Assembly (NCBI RefSeq): GCF_004010195.1
Contig: NC_057719.1
Coordinates: 75,988,882 to 76,052,881, forward strand
Source of the DNA: Chiloscyllium plagiosum
Taxonomy: Eukaryota
DNA: 64,000 bases
Reading direction: 5' to 3'
The stretch's first letter is position 1. Every line of letters starts with the position of its first letter. Below are positions 37,836-51,286 of this stretch, in pieces. Made by a program: the position numbers and the translations under genes. The notes under the pieces were generated by a model. The model had not been told where the DNA came from and made no database searches. It was given only the letters and a program-made list of their open reading frames with translations.

Positions 37836-40516
37836 ACAGTTTCTATGTTAACGCTGACATCCTGCTGATGTTGTTGAATTTGTTTTGCAATATTACAGCC
37901 TTGCCCTTAAAGTTTAGTCCCTAGCACTGATCACCTCAGTGACCTCTGCCTACTGGCAGTGGAATTGTTGTGTGGAGGAGTTTTGGCTCCCAAGTTGCAA
38001 AGGGGGTAAGTAATTTCCCTTGTCCCTCCCACCCTAAACCAGGCTGCCCTCTCTAGACATCCCCAGTGCCTTTGCAGTGTTGCTGAGGCTATTTCTGGTT
38101 TGTGTTTTTGCAGACAGCATGCAACTTGCTTCGTGTGGTGACTGAAATGCCTAAGATACACCCTAATCCATCCCACAGCCATCCCTAAATATGTGCACAA
38201 CCAATGCATGAATGGCTGGTGGGGCTAACAGAATTCCTGGCTCATGAAGGTGAACCAGAGAGCAACCAGATGAATAATTGTTCCAGATGATTGCTCTGGG
38301 CCTGATTGGTGACATTATTGGGTTTCCAGACCGCCAACCTGTAGTGCTAACAAGCTAAGTGAGGGCAATAAAACAAAGAAATGGCGGACGCTTGAAATCT
38401 GAAAAGAAAATAGAAATTGATGGAGAAACTCAGCAAGTCTGGCACATTCTGAAGATGGGTCAGTGGACTCAAAAACATGAACTGTTTTCTGCCCACAGAC
38501 TCTAAGCCAGGAGACTGAGTTTGAGAAAGCTATTACTTTGTTAGTCAGCACTAGAGAATTGGCAGTCAAAGTAAGGAGGCTGTCAATAATCATGTCAGTT
38601 GCCTCTCCAATAGCTTTCAGGGAAGACAAGTCTTGGTTTAGTCTGCACATGACACCAGTCCACACTGGCTGGTTGGCTCTTTAGACCGTCTAAAGCAGCT
38701 GCTCAGCGTTTTGAGCAATTAGCATTCAAGGAAGAAACCCATCCGGTCTTTCGAAGAATAACCAATATCTGCCAACGAGAGAACAAATTACAACAAAAAA
38801 ACCTTCCTCAAACTGTAGAGAGAAAAGCAATTACCAGCTCCCTCCTTCCTTCAGGGGATTGAAAGCACAGTTTTCAGAAGTTAGCAGTTTCCAGAACACA
38901 GCAATATCTGCTTCACTACACTTCATCAATTACTTGCTTGTAATTTCCTCAGAAACTCACCCAGTCCAATAACCATTTCCACCACTTTAAATTGCAGTAA
39001 GTTCGCACAGACACAATGGCATTGTTGGGGTAGAATTTAAATGAGAGCAGAAACTTCACTCTCGGTGGGATGTTAGTTGAAGTTCGGATTTTGAGAATGC
39101 AAATTTATGGCATCCAGATTCCTTCAGAGACCCAGGGCCAGTTGATCTGAAAATGAGTGATTCTCATTTTCCATTTAGATTTCAGTTCCCACTTCTGCGA
39201 GATCTATGGAATAATTTACGGAGCAACAGAAAGTGGCAAGAATAAAGTCATACGTTAATTCATACAATATTAATTCTACAGTGTGCCATAGTGTTCTGCT
39301 TGCTAATGTCAAATATAAAGTTAATATTGTACAAAGTGGAAAGAATTTGCAACAACTGTTGCAAATATCATTATGTTTTGGAATATACATTTTTGTTCTA
39401 AGGTTGAGCTTTGAGCTTTAACTGGAGAAAATGCAATGAAAGCAAACTTGAAACCTATTATACTTACAAGTTTCGGACCATTTTGACTAAAGCCATTAAC
39501 AGTTATAAAGGTAACATCATCAAACAGATGCCTGGTATACTTCACTAAAAAAAATGAGGATACAGGAATTTTCTCCTCCCTAGTATGGTATGGACAATGG
39601 TGCAAAAGTTGGAAAATTAGGATGAGAATTTAAAAATCAGAATCTTAATGTCAGAAAAAACATTTCCGATTTTCCCCTTTAAATACGATCTTCAGAATCT
39701 CCTTACTGTGCGTTGACTACTTTATTTCTATGCATTGCATCTCATTAATTCCTCAATGAGCTTTGCTTATATCTGGCTTCCAACTCTCCTTTTATTTCCT
39801 GAGAAAGTAGATGAAGCAACACCCCAATATGTAAGTCAGAGTGGGATACTGGCTGCAGCACCTCACTGATGCCTGTCTCAATCACACCCAACTGTTTCTT
39901 CAGCACAATGCCGCTGAAAGCTCCATGGTCAACGTTTCCTTTGACCCCTCATCTACAAGTCAGCATTGGAAAACTCCCAGCTTCATCATATCATCCTGCT
40001 GTTCAGTCCTTCAAATCTCCACTTTGGAGCTCTAGGACCCTCACCACTTGCATGCTTCTGCCAGATCAACTTGCAAATGGGGACAAATTTGCATCGCATG
40101 CATCTGTGCGGGATGAATCTTAGCTTGTTGTTTCACTTTGTGCATACTCGGGGCTGTCAGCTTCCGTACCCTGCATGTTGCTTTTTACTACGTGGAGTCT
40201 TGAGTGCTCACTTATAGGCGGCCATCTTTGAGGCTTGCATGCCTTTTAGTGCAGAGAGACAGACAGCCAGCTTGAATTGGCAGCAAACACTGAACAGTCA
40301 AGGGGTGGGCATGTTGCTGTATGGCACTGTCAATGTCAGCCCTGCAAGCATCTGCCAGCAGCTTATGTTACAAACACACTGCATGTGGATCAACAAAATA
40401 GCTATGTGGGAAAGTCAGAGGGGAGCAGTCCTGATTGGGGTGAAGAGGGCCTACAGTCAGTCAGAAGGCATCTCTGACTTTAGTCCAGGTCAGTCAAACG
40501 ATTGGTTCTGCCAGAG

Positions 40517-40706
40517 TCCAGGGATCCATGTTGAAAAATGTGGTGCTGGAAAAGCACAGCTGGTCAGGCAGCATCTGAGGAGGAGGACAGTTGACGTTTC
40601 GATCATAAGCCCTTCATCAGGAAGACTGGCTGTGCTTTTCCAGCACCACACTTTTTGACTCTGATCTCCAGCATCTGCAGTCCTTACTTCCTCCAGGGAT
40701 CTATGT
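40517..40706. mobile_element. Inverted pair of PLE termini with 15-bp TSD
   Basis: tgtggtgctggaaaagcacagc versus gctgtgcttttccagcaccaca. TSD tccagggatc[c/t]atgt at 40517-40531 and 40692-40706. Confidence 0.82.
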
Positions 40707-40867
40707 CCTTGCAGTTCAGGGATCAGGCCATATACAGTCCTGAAGGTCAAGTGCAGTCTGTCTGGGATTCAATATAGGTCACACTGTGGAGACATCAGTC
40801 CTCAGACTGGCCATGCTTAGCAGGGCTAAAGTAAACTGGTCAAGGTCAACATTGGCCAGGGGGGCAG

Positions 40868-41516
40868 TGCTATGATGCTATGGCTTTAAGAGGTATATAT
40901 TGTCCTCGTTTTGTTATGAAGAAGGGTTGAGACAGAGGTGCTGAGAGGTCTGTTCCAAGCTAATAAACAGCTTGTGAGGCCTCAGGTATTTTTTTAAAGT
41001 TGGAACAATACAATGGATGGTGTCAAGATCCCCCATAACTAGGATTTTACTTTAATGTTCAGTAGCTGTTGGGGTTTGGAAGCTGCTGGACATCTTTCCC
41101 TGCTACAGCAAAACACTTGAGTTCTCTCTCTCTCTCCAAGTTTTCTCTTGATATTCTTTCCTCCTGGTCTGGAGAATTGCATGTGAGAAAATTTATTTTA
41201 CTGCATTTATTTTTGTCAACGGTATGTTGATGGGATATTACTATATTGAATCAGCTAATCAGTGGTAGTTAACATAGATATTACCTTGTTGAGGATTTCG
41301 ATGGAGTTACAGTTAAGCTTTATTTTTACTTCTTATTTTGTCTGTATTTTAGATACAATATAAGAATAAAGTGTGTTTTGCTTCAAGCCTGGTAGTCTGA
41401 CTAATCGAAGTGCATTGGGAACACAATACTTTACATCTGTCTTCTAACATGAGAAAAAGTTGGGGTCTAGGCTATCTTCTTAATGTAATTTGAGGAAACT
41501 TGGTCTGGTCCATAAA
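40868..41516 (+). mobile_element. Solo LTR-like element, related to 18213-18920
   Basis: aataaagtgtgttttgcttcaagcctggtag...ggggtctaggctatcttcttaa...ggtctggtccataa. Confidence 0.6.
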
Positions 41517-42600
41517 AAAAGAATATACAGTTTTGAGGAAAGTGGGCAAGTCAAATCTGGTAATGGGGTTCATTACACTGGGTCACTGAGGGAATGATTA
41601 TAGTGAAGAAGGGTGGAATGTCACAGATAACAGGAGGTGCCTTGGTGTTCCAGATAGGCCAGGGAGGGTTGTGATAGATTATGGTTCCTCTGGCCTGTGC
41701 CTGGGGAGGGCATACAGTCATTAAGGGTGTCAGAATTCACAAAGCCCTGGGCTCTGGGGGGGTAAAGCAGGGGAAGCTAAACTTTATATAACGAATCATT
41801 GGGGTCATGTTGGACAGGAGCACAAAAGGGACCATGAAACATTGGCGGAATTGTTCTGCTTCTCAGGACCAGCCTGCAATTCACTCTCAGGAGCATATCC
41901 TTACCACATTGGATTGAAAGGCAATAATTGTGTAATAACTGCACAAATTGGTTGACACTGCATCCAAACTGGCAGATTAAGTTACTGAATTGTTCAATTT
42001 AGGGTCAGCGTAAACCTCTTGGTATTGGAAGCCCCGTTAGGACAATTCAGTATCGCCAGCCTGATCTCTATTTGTATTTCATTGATTGTCCAAGAATACA
42101 CATTCCAAAACTTGGCCATAGAGTAATCAGGGGCATCCCGCTGCATGCACTAATTCCCTCTGTGGCATGTCAGCAAAGTAACCTCCATCAGACCAATGTA
42201 TTTTAAAATGGCAGCTGAAGTACCCATTTTCGAAACACATTCTGTAAGTGGCAATGGAAGACAATGTTTTCCAGCTGCCACATTCTCACACTGATCTGTA
42301 AGTATTCAAGGACATGGCATGTGATGCAGAAGGGAGTGTTTTCTTTGGGTGGGGTGGGCTAAAGCATGTGGCCCGTGTGTTCACTGTCAGAGTTCCATTC
42401 CCGAAGCAGCATTCAGACTTAGGCTGTTAAAAGTTCAATTGTACAAGTTTGCCTATCCAAGAGCTCCTTATTCAGGCATGACAATGTCATTCTTAGGAAA
42501 CCTCCATAACCAACTGCATGATGGTATAACACAAACTTCTGGCTATCCTTCTGACATGCTCCACAGATTGTCTGCACATCAATCTCACATGGCTGTAGTC

Positions 42601-43289
42601 TTGAACATATCTCAGTTTAGATTAGAGTGGTGCTGGAAAAGCACAGCAGGTCAGGCTGCATCTGAGGAGCAAGAAAATCAACGTTCCGGGCAAAAGCCCT
42701 TCATCAGGAATGGAGATGTATTAAATTCATTGATGCGTGGATGGAGGGGGATAAAGGTAAGGCCTTTGCTGAGGACTGATGGTTCGTCCTCAGTGAGGGA
42801 GAGGTCTGGGGGGATGGTGAAAACTCGACAGGGCTGAGAGCTAGGACCTGGTGTAGGTGTGGAGCTGGGAGTTGGGGCGGATCCTGTCACTGGAGTGGAT
42901 GTGGTGATAGTGGGAATGGAGGGGGAGTCATGAGCAGGGGTGATGTTCCCCTCAGGGTTCTGGGAGGGCGGGGATGGTGACAGTGGGATCTGTGGGGGGG
43001 GTGTCGGCGGAATGCAGGTGAGTGGCGGTGGGGGCGGAAGTGGTGGCAAACACAGCAGTGGGAGGGGCGGGGCAGAAGTCACTGAGCGCGTGATGTCAGC
43101 GATGACGTGGGGGCGGACGTGATGGCACATGTGGTGCATGAGGAGTCGTACTCCATTCCTGATGAAGGGCTTTTGCCCGAAACGTCAAATTTCCTGCTCC
43201 TCGGATGCTGCCTGACCTGCTATGCTTTTCCAGCACCACTCTAATCTAAACTCTGGTTTCCACTTTTGCCTAGTTGAACATGTCTCAGT
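42601..43289. mobile_element. Penelope-like insertion: inverted termini with hammerhead cores around an N-terminal ORF fragment, 16-bp TSD
   Basis: Arms 42615-42715 and 43151-43251. Inner minus-strand ORF CRVFTIPPDLSLTEDEPSVLSKGLTFIPL. TSD ttgaacat[a/g]tctcagt at 42601-42616 and 43274-43289. Confidence 0.88.
43155..43190 (+). ncRNA. Minimal hammerhead ribozyme motif
   Basis: ATTC-CTGATGA-A-GGGC-TTTT-GCCC-GAAA-C-GTC^AAAT. The core is intact; stem I has one mismatch. Confidence 0.65.
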
Positions 43290-44689
43290 CAAGGACTAAT
43301 GACTGAGATTGCCTGCAGTTCAGGAGTCAGTACATAGCTTGTGTGAGGTGAGCAATGGAATTGCTATCATCTTTGGGATGTCTGAAAAGGCTTGCATATG
43401 CATGCAACTGAACCGGGGCCAACTGCAAAGAAGATTCAGTGCAGGTTTTTTCAGAGTGCAAGTAAACATATAATTAGAAAGGTGCAAGGTTATTGACAAT
43501 TGGTGGTACCTTTGCCACCTCTGTGCCCTCAGTCTGTTTTTCTCTTCCTCTCCCTCCCATTACATCGAAGTGCAACTTTGATTTCTGCAACTGGGCTGGA
43601 GGGCACATGCTCAGTCATTTGTCCTTGTTGGCCTGGAAGACCCAGGCAGACATTCCAGAGGGGTTTCGGGGGGACGGCGAGGGGGAGAAGTGAGCCCGGG
43701 TCTCCTGTGAGCACACAGAGAAATGGTTCACAACGTGGCTGAGTCAAGAGTGAACGCTTAACTCCAGTGGTTAAACAGAGGACGAAATCAAGGCTGCGAA
43801 CTGCAGAGATTTGTGTGAAAGCTATTTATAGAATCCAGATTAATGGAGAATTTGACTTGACTCCTGTGGATAGCTGTGAAGTACCACTAACATTGCCCTC
43901 CGGATCTGTCAAAATTTCATATCCTCTTCAAATCCTAAACAAAGGAGAGGGAAATCCTATTTTCCTGTGAATTTACAGTAGGACATAGATCAAATGAACA
44001 GAGAGATTAAAGAGTAAAGGACAGCTTTTTGCAGTATTTTAGCCTGTCTAACAGAATCTCTTGACCGCTGTTATCACTTGACAATTCATTTCTTCCCATA
44101 TATATTCTTTCCCGCTCTCTTGCGTGCCTCCAGGTTTTCATACACCCTCTCTCTCAGGGCTAACCTTTCACCTCTTTCGGTCTTTCTCCATGAGGCTGTG
44201 CGCTGGGTCAGAAGCTGTGCCCCCACTATGTTGGTCCAGGCCCCTCACTGTTCACCTTTTGGCATATTTGTTGGAGCTCAGTCAGCAGTAAGCTAAATGC
44301 CTGCACAAAACAGATATCTGCGCACTGCCAATTGCACCAATAATGTTCGGGTTAGATTACTCCATTTAACTGATGGGACAGCCCCAATCAATGCATATTT
44401 CCTGTTTTGATGGATTCCAGGGACGAAGCAGGGGAAGGGATTCGCAGAGCTGAATCATACCAAAAATCAGTGAAACGTCATTTTCCTCAAGTAGGTATCT
44501 CTCTGGAAACTTGCCCTTTAAGTAGGTTACAAGTTGCCCAGCTCAGCTCAGGACGTGCTAGTGTTATTTTTCCATACGTGGATATTCTCGCCCCTACGGG
44601 GCATCCCCAGTTGCTTGGTGCCCATGTCATATGTAATGGTGTTCGGTCTAGTACTGTCAGTCTAGAGCCACCCTCCATGCTTTCCCCAG

Positions 44690-47050
44690 ACACAGCAGAT
44701 ATGGGGAGATTGGCTGACCACTTCACGGTTAGGGACCTGGAGATGCTGGAAGAATGTCCTCTCCCTCCAGAACCTTCACTAGAGAGCGATGACACTAGAG
44801 CGTGCCAGTTCAGCTTCGACCATCTGGAAGAGTGCCTAGCAGTGGCAATGTGGCCAATGGCCTTTTCCACTCAATGCCAGGGTGAGTGCCACCATCTTCT
44901 CACTGCCGCCTCACCCCTCACTCCACTCCTGTTACTGCACCCATGTCCCCACAAGGGCCACGTTCTATCATTCTCACTATTGCACTCAAGATCTTTCCTC
45001 ACTCACTTCCACCAGCCCTCCCACCCACAAAACCACGCCCCCCCAACAACCCACCCTCCCCTCCCAGCACCCTCCCCTGTCACTGCAGAAATTGCAAAAC
45101 CTGCGCCCACACCTCTCTTCTCACCTCCACCTAATGCCCCAAAGGAGCCTTCCACATCCATCACCCGCAATTCCACGCATGTCATTTACTGTATTCATTG
45201 CTCCCAATGTGGTCTTCTCTACACTGGGGAGACTGGATGCCTTCTCGCAGAGCGCTTCAGAGAACATCTCCGGGACACCCGCACCAATCAATCCAACCGC
45301 CCCATGGCCGAACATTTCAACTCCCCCTCCCACTCTGCTGAGGACATGTAAGTCCTGGGCCTCCTCCATCGTCACTCCCTCACCACCCAATGCCTGGAGA
45401 AAGAATGCCTCATCCTCTGCCTCGGAACACTTCAGTTGCAGGGCACAAATGTGGACTTCACCAGTTTCCTCATTTTCCTTCCCCCACCTTACCCTAGTTC
45501 CAACCTTCCAGCTCAGCACCATCCTCATGACCTGTCCTACCTGCCAATCTTCCTTCCCACCTATCCGCTCCACCCTCCTCTCCGACCTATCACCTTCACT
45601 CCCCACCTCCGTCCACCTATCGCATTCTCAGCTACATTCCCCTCAGCCCCACCCACCCTCCCATTTATCTCTCCACCCCTGAGGCTCTCAGCCTCATTCT
45701 TGATGAAGGGCTATGGCTTGAAATGCCGATTTTCCTGCTCCTCGGATGCTGCCTGACCTGCTGTGCTTTTCCAGCACCACTCTAATCTCCAGCATCTGCA
45801 GTATCCACTTCAGTCTACTAAAACCCTGCATGCCCTCTGCCCGCTCACACACTTGGGAGCCCTCACCAGCTTACCCCCAGCAGCGCCAGCAATGACAGCT
45901 GTGCTGGTCACTTGCAACTCACTCAATCCCTCTCTTTCCCTGACTCAGGCCTGTAAGCAGAAAGAGCCTGGACAGGTTGCAGGGTGCCCTCAGCCTGATA
46001 AGGAGAGGATATTGACCCTCTTTGGCAAGGACCAGGATCAGGCCTGTGTTGGTGCACAAGCCTCCATGTCTTGGTAAGAAATATTGCCCATTGTTGCATG
46101 ACTATCTCCTACTCTCAACAGGGCAGAATGTCTACCACGGTGAGCCAATGCATTCTCTTTCATCGTCTGCTTCAAGTTACAGTTGCATTGCCATGGCCTC
46201 CATGATCAAGAGGGCAGTGCCACAAGACGCACCCTCCCCTTCCCATCAGGAAGACAGCACACATGCCTTTGAGGCTGCTCTGGCAAAGGTTGTCTCCCGT
46301 ACCCTCCACCAGCTCAGCCACTGACAGGTACGTTAGCCAGATTAGAGTCGGGGACACACGTCACTGCAACAAGGCCGCAGCTGGCCAAGGGAGCACTGCC
46401 AGAGACCGGGGACCTGCCCAGCCCCAGCCACAGCCTCGGCCCTGGGCAGGGGAGGAGCCCATGATGTCAGCAAGGTATCAGAGTATCGCGCAGGTTGGTC
46501 AGGGGACACAAAGGCTGCAGGACTGCAATGACCTGTTTGGGGATCCTGCTGCCTCAGGTATGCAAGTATCTGGCTCTCTTCATGGGCAGGCTGGCAGCTG
46601 GACAGCCCAGTCCAGCAGTCTAAGAGGCTGCTAGATATCCACACAGGCCTGCACCCCATCGCTTGAACCATTGTTGCTCAGCACCATGGTATAAGAAGAG
46701 CAGGTGCCCCTCTCTCACAAAGAGACAGCCTGTAAGCACCAACTGGAGGAGGAACCGTGTACAGGTTCCCCTGTCCCAGACATCTCCTTTTTGGACACAG
46801 CAGAAGTGGCTTCCATCTCCACCCTCCCTGCCGCCCTCAGCCCTCTGGGAGTTCAGCTGAGGAAAGCCCTGCCAGGCTATGGGGCAGGCCGCACCCAACC
46901 CAAATACCTCCCTGGAATCCCACCAAATCTCCAAGGACAACAGGCTCCACCATAATGTAGGCTCCGTCCGCCACAGCTGCAGTCCCTGTGACTGCATTGA
47001 GATGTAATGGGAAAGAAGGACAGAAGGATACATCGGTGGCAAGGATGGCA
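44690..47050 (+). mobile_element. Degenerate Harbinger-type Myb/SANT ORF remnant, interrupted by a PLE
   Basis: HFTVRDLEMLEE start, ...cag|g|gtgagt-type donor near 44881, later DKERILTLFG motif. Confidence 0.35.
45000..45802 (+). mobile_element. Penelope-like element 3' end (GIY-YIG plus terminal repeat)
   Basis: STHVIYCIHCSQCGLLYTGETGCLLAERFREHLRDT...PMAEHFNSPSHS. Terminal repeat with a degenerate hammerhead at ~45700. Confidence 0.9.
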
Positions 47051-48005
47051 CTTTGTTCGAAATACATTCTCATGTTTGTAAAGTTACGTTCAATCTTCGT
47101 CATCATCTCCTGAGCGAATGTCTGTCTGTCCGGCTACAACTACAACAGCCTCTCCATCCTGCACCCTGCACAATCTGTAAAATGAGCAGCTGCTCGTGCA
47201 GCGACTCAATGGGCTGAATGGCTTCTTTCTGCACTGCAGGGATTCTACGATTCTACACAATGTACAGGCTATGGGAAATTGGCATTTGTTACCTTGGCAA
47301 CGAGCGTCAATCTTTGAAGGCAGCAAAACAGTCTTCATGCTTCACAGCCCTTAAAGGGATAGATTTGTAATGTTGTGGCCACGTCTGCTTGGGGGGGGGG
47401 GCAAGGATTTGGTCTGCACACAGGAGGTTAATGAGCTTCACACAGCATATAGTACTCACGGTTGAGTTCCAGCTTTGGTTTATGGGTGTCTGTGGAATAC
47501 TGTTCCCCTTTGAATGGTTTCATGTTGTTTAAAATTGACGCCCTCTTCCTGACAGAATGAAGCACTTCCACTCTGAGTGTAGTCACAGCTATTTTCATCT
47601 CTCTTGTGCACTTGCTAGTTACAACACAATGGGATGAAATGGCGATCGCTCCTCATACAGTAAATGATGAAAAGTTAAGCCCAAAAGATCGACTCTCTTG
47701 CTCCTCAGATGCGGCCTGACCTGCTGTGCTTTTTCCAGTGCCACACTTTATCGACTCAGCTCTCCCTGACTATCCCATAGACTGTAAACTTCCCCAAGTC
47801 CCCACTCCGAACGAATCTTTTTAAATCTTTATCTGCTCAAATTACCCATTCCCTTCCCACAACAGCCCAAAACACATTAGCTAAACATGTCAGATTCATT
47901 GTCCGTCAAGGAAGCCAGGGTGGCATTGACTGTTAAGGACTCTCCCAGGACAGATCCCCTTGATCAAATTAGCCAGACAGCTCCAAATGGTGAGTGACTA
48001 GACCC

Positions 48006-48238
48006 TGCCTGATATTTGGGAGAAGTGAGCACTGCAGATGCTGGAGATCAGAGTCAAAACGTGTGGTGCTGGAAAAGCACAGCCGGTCAGGCAGCATCCG
48101 ATGGGCAGGAGGGTCAACATTTTGAGCATAAGCATTCCTGATGAAGAGCATATGCTTAAAACGGAGATTCTCCTGCTCCTTGGATGCTGCCTGACCAGCT
48201 GTGCTTTTCCAGCACTTTCTGAGCATGTCTGATATTTG
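48006..48238. mobile_element. Inverted pair of PLE termini with 13-bp TSD
   Basis: TSD tg[c/t]ctgatatttg at 48006-48018 and 48226-48238; central cctgatgaagagcatatgctt. Confidence 0.8.
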
Positions 48239-48783
48239 TACAGTTCTCCGACTGCTTTCCACTACTCCTCAGATTGTTTGCATCAGACCCAAGAGCTGAT
48301 GGTGACTCACTCTAAAGATGGCAGAGATACTGACTGCCTGACTGTGACTGCCCTGAGCAGTCAACTCACCTTACGCAAGTCCCTGGTCTGATACAGGAGT
48401 CTGCCCATCATTTATTGTACTGGGAGCATTTTGACTGAAGGGTGACTCGCTGAATTTAATTGAAGATTGCTCCCTTGTACTTACATTTAGCTGAAGCACC
48501 ATGAGTGTGTTTGACGTGCCCCATGACGTAGCACTCTGTTGTACAGCAACTTGTCCTGCCCCTTGTCTGATCATGGCTGGTGACCATGACAAGCTGCCTG
48601 GCTTTGGGTCAGTATTGAAAGGCAACACAGGACAGAAATACCATGAGCCTGGCTTCAGGACCAAAGCGCAAGAACACCAGACAGGAATTCCGTGAGCGCC
48701 AAAGTTGTCACAAGGTGAGTGAGCGTCAAGAGAGTGAGCAAGGATCCCTGAGATGCATCCTGGTCCAGTCCATGAGCTGCCTT

Positions 48784-49098
48784 TAGATTAGATTAGATTA
48801 GATTACTTACAGTGTGGAAACAGGCCCTTCGGCCCAACAAGTCCACACCGCCCCGCCGAAGCGCAACCCACCCATACCCCTACATTTACCCCTTACCTAA
48901 CACTACGGGCAATTTAGCATGGCCAATTCACCTGACCTGCACATCTTTTAGACTGTGGGAGGAAACCGGAGCACCCGGAGGAAACCCACGCAGACACGGG
49001 GAGAACGTGCAAACTCCACACAGTCAGTCGCCTGAGGCGGGAATTGAACCCGGGTCTCTGGCGCTGTGAGGCAGCAGTGCTAACCACTGTGCCACTGG
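48784..49098 (-). mobile_element. Young HE1-type SINE with (TCTAA)n tail
   Basis: CpG-rich, near-consensus copy with ttagattagattagattag tail. Confidence 0.92.
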
Positions 49099-49429
49099 GC
49101 CTTCCTGTCCCAGCAAGAGAAGTGTGCTTGCAGCCACGTTTTAATGATAGGTGCCAGTGCAGTCCTTCACTGACTTTCAGAGCACATTGCAAATGGATCA
49201 ATGATGTGCCACTGTGATGTGGTGAGGCTGGTTTGCATCAGGTGCCATTATCCATGGACATACAGTTTGCCCAAAGACAGGTGACTGGTGTCCAAGATGG
49301 AGGCCCTGAGGAGGGAGTGGCAAGCTGGAGTTGCCAGACACTCGCTCCGATGTTCATGTCAGGAATTTTCGGTATCTAGTTTTTAGAGTGAGATGAAAGA
49401 CTACCTATAATGAGGTGAGATTAAATAAC

Positions 49430-49985
49430 CATAAGACCATAAGACATAGGAGCAGAAAAGAAGCCATTTGGCCCATTGAGTCTGCTCCACCATTCAATCA
49501 CGGCTAGTTTCTCAACCCCATTGTCCCGCTTTCTTCCCGTAACTGTTGATGTCTTTGACAATCAAAAATCTATCTATCTCACTCTTAAAAATACAGAATG
49601 ACCTGGCCTCCACAGCCTTCTGTGGCAGTGAATTCCACAGATTCCCCACTCTCTAGCTGAAGAAGTTTCTCCTTATCTCCATTCTAAAAGGTCTTCCCTT
49701 TACTCTAAGGCTGTGCCCTCAGGTCCTAGTCTCTCCTACCAATGGAACCATCTTCCAGGCCACTCTGTCCAGGCCATTCTGTGAGTTTCAATTAGACCCC
49801 CCCTCATCCTTCTAACCTCCATCGAGTGCAAACCCAGAGTACTCAAATGTTCCTCATATGTTTAGCTTTTCATTCCTGAGATCATTCTTGAGACCTTCCT
49901 CTGGACCCTCTTCAGGGCCAATACATCCTTCCTGAGATATGGGGCTCAGAATTGCTCACAATGCTCTCACTGTGGTCTGGCCAGT
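49430..49985 (-). mobile_element. CR1 LINE 3' fragment
   Basis: ccataagaccataagacataggagcag tail and reversed CR1 C-terminal text. Confidence 0.85.
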
Positions 49986-50457
49986 AATGAGGCTGTTAAT
50001 GAGTGATGACCCATAAAAATTGGCCTCTCACCGTTCACTGGTGAGACCCTTGTCTTGACGTTTTATGTTTGGTTAGAAAACGCAACTCTTTGATCATGAT
50101 GTTGAGAAGGGACATCTCAGGTGAATGCAACAGCAGGTATTGATGTTGACGGTGGTGGGTCAGGGTAATTGGTCAAAAACGGTGAATCATTCTCACTGCA
50201 ATGCACTCTAACAAGTCCATCCTTTATGACAGGAAAGATTTCACACTGAAATGTTCAGCACCAAGGCACAGTCATCATTGAGATAGACAGTAAATGAATC
50301 ACAGTGAAGGAGGCACTTAACAGGAATGGACCAGAAATAATGTGTTGAGATTAGGAAGCATAACCACAAAAAGAAATGAGATTGGAGCTGAGGCAGCATT
50401 TCAGCCCATTCTGCCTCGGGACACAATAGCTGAGGTGATGATGGGAGAATGTCACCC

Positions 50458-51286
50458 TTTAAAACTTCAGTTTCAGTCTGCTGGACTCAGCAAGATTCAA
50501 AACCTTACCTCAGAAATCAGAGTGAGTGCTGTTTTGTGCAGTTGACCCAGAACAGTCTGTTGACCCAGTCAATCTGCATGTCACACCGAAAGTTTTATTG
50601 AACTGGTTTTATTGAACAGGTTGCTCTCACACAAGATACCCCAAGTATTTCAGAAAAGTGCAACACAAGTGTATCTAGTTGTGTGTTTCCTTGCTGACTG
50701 GCTCACCCTTAGCTGTATGGTAGTGTTTGGTTAAATATATATTGGATTTGATCGATTCTAATGCTTTTTTTTTAACAGCATTTGTATTGTGGCATACATT
50801 GTGGACTGTGTGATTCTATGGTTTATCTGCTGTGCAGAAGGACCTGGTATGTTTGCACCATTTAATAAAAGAATTAAAATGGAGTTTTAACATTAGTCAG
50901 GGGCCAATTATGAAATATTGAGAAAGGAAACGCACCAAAGTTGTATGACCTGGCCTGGCCTAATGGCTTCTGAGGCTGGTTAAATGTCCTAGATCATTGA
51001 TTATACAGGGCAGAATGGGTGTGTATCCCTATGGTTTAACAAGTGTTTTAACAACTCCCATTCCTCTCCCCTCTGTTTTCTACTTCCTTCTCCCTAACCC
51101 TTCGATTTTCTAAAATACATGGAGTACCTTGTGTGGGAGCAAACTAAGTCAGGGTTCAGTAGATCTATTGATGTGAGATGTAGATTGACTGGACAGACTG
51201 TTTTGGGTTAACAGCACAAAACAGTGATTTCTGAGTAAGGTTTTGAATTTTTCTGAGGCCAGCAGATGGAAACTAGCACTTTAAAG
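50458..51286. repeat. Diverged inverted repeat, ~180-200-bp arms
   Basis: 50458-50657 versus the reverse complement of 51106-51286 (attcaaaaccttac..cagaaatca, aacagtctgt, ccagtcaatct, cacacaag). Confidence 0.8.

Noticed and set aside
39468..39544. Minus-strand 77-nt exon-like unit (KYTRHLFDDVTFITVNGFSQNGPKL) with faint resemblance to a recalled CATSPERE segment
   Set aside because: Single short match lacking the conserved Cys, and its position inside the presumed DESI2 intron does not fit. Could be chance.
44407..45351. 314-aa ORF, the longest gap-free ORF in the window
   Set aside because: Chance read-through across a Harbinger-like remnant into a PLE GIY-YIG fragment; not a host gene.
47090..47175. 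EAVVVVAGQTDIRSGDDDED resembling the start of DESI2 exon 4
   Set aside because: Lacks the conserved YKGNAYHLMHKNCNHF catalytic segment and ends in a stop.
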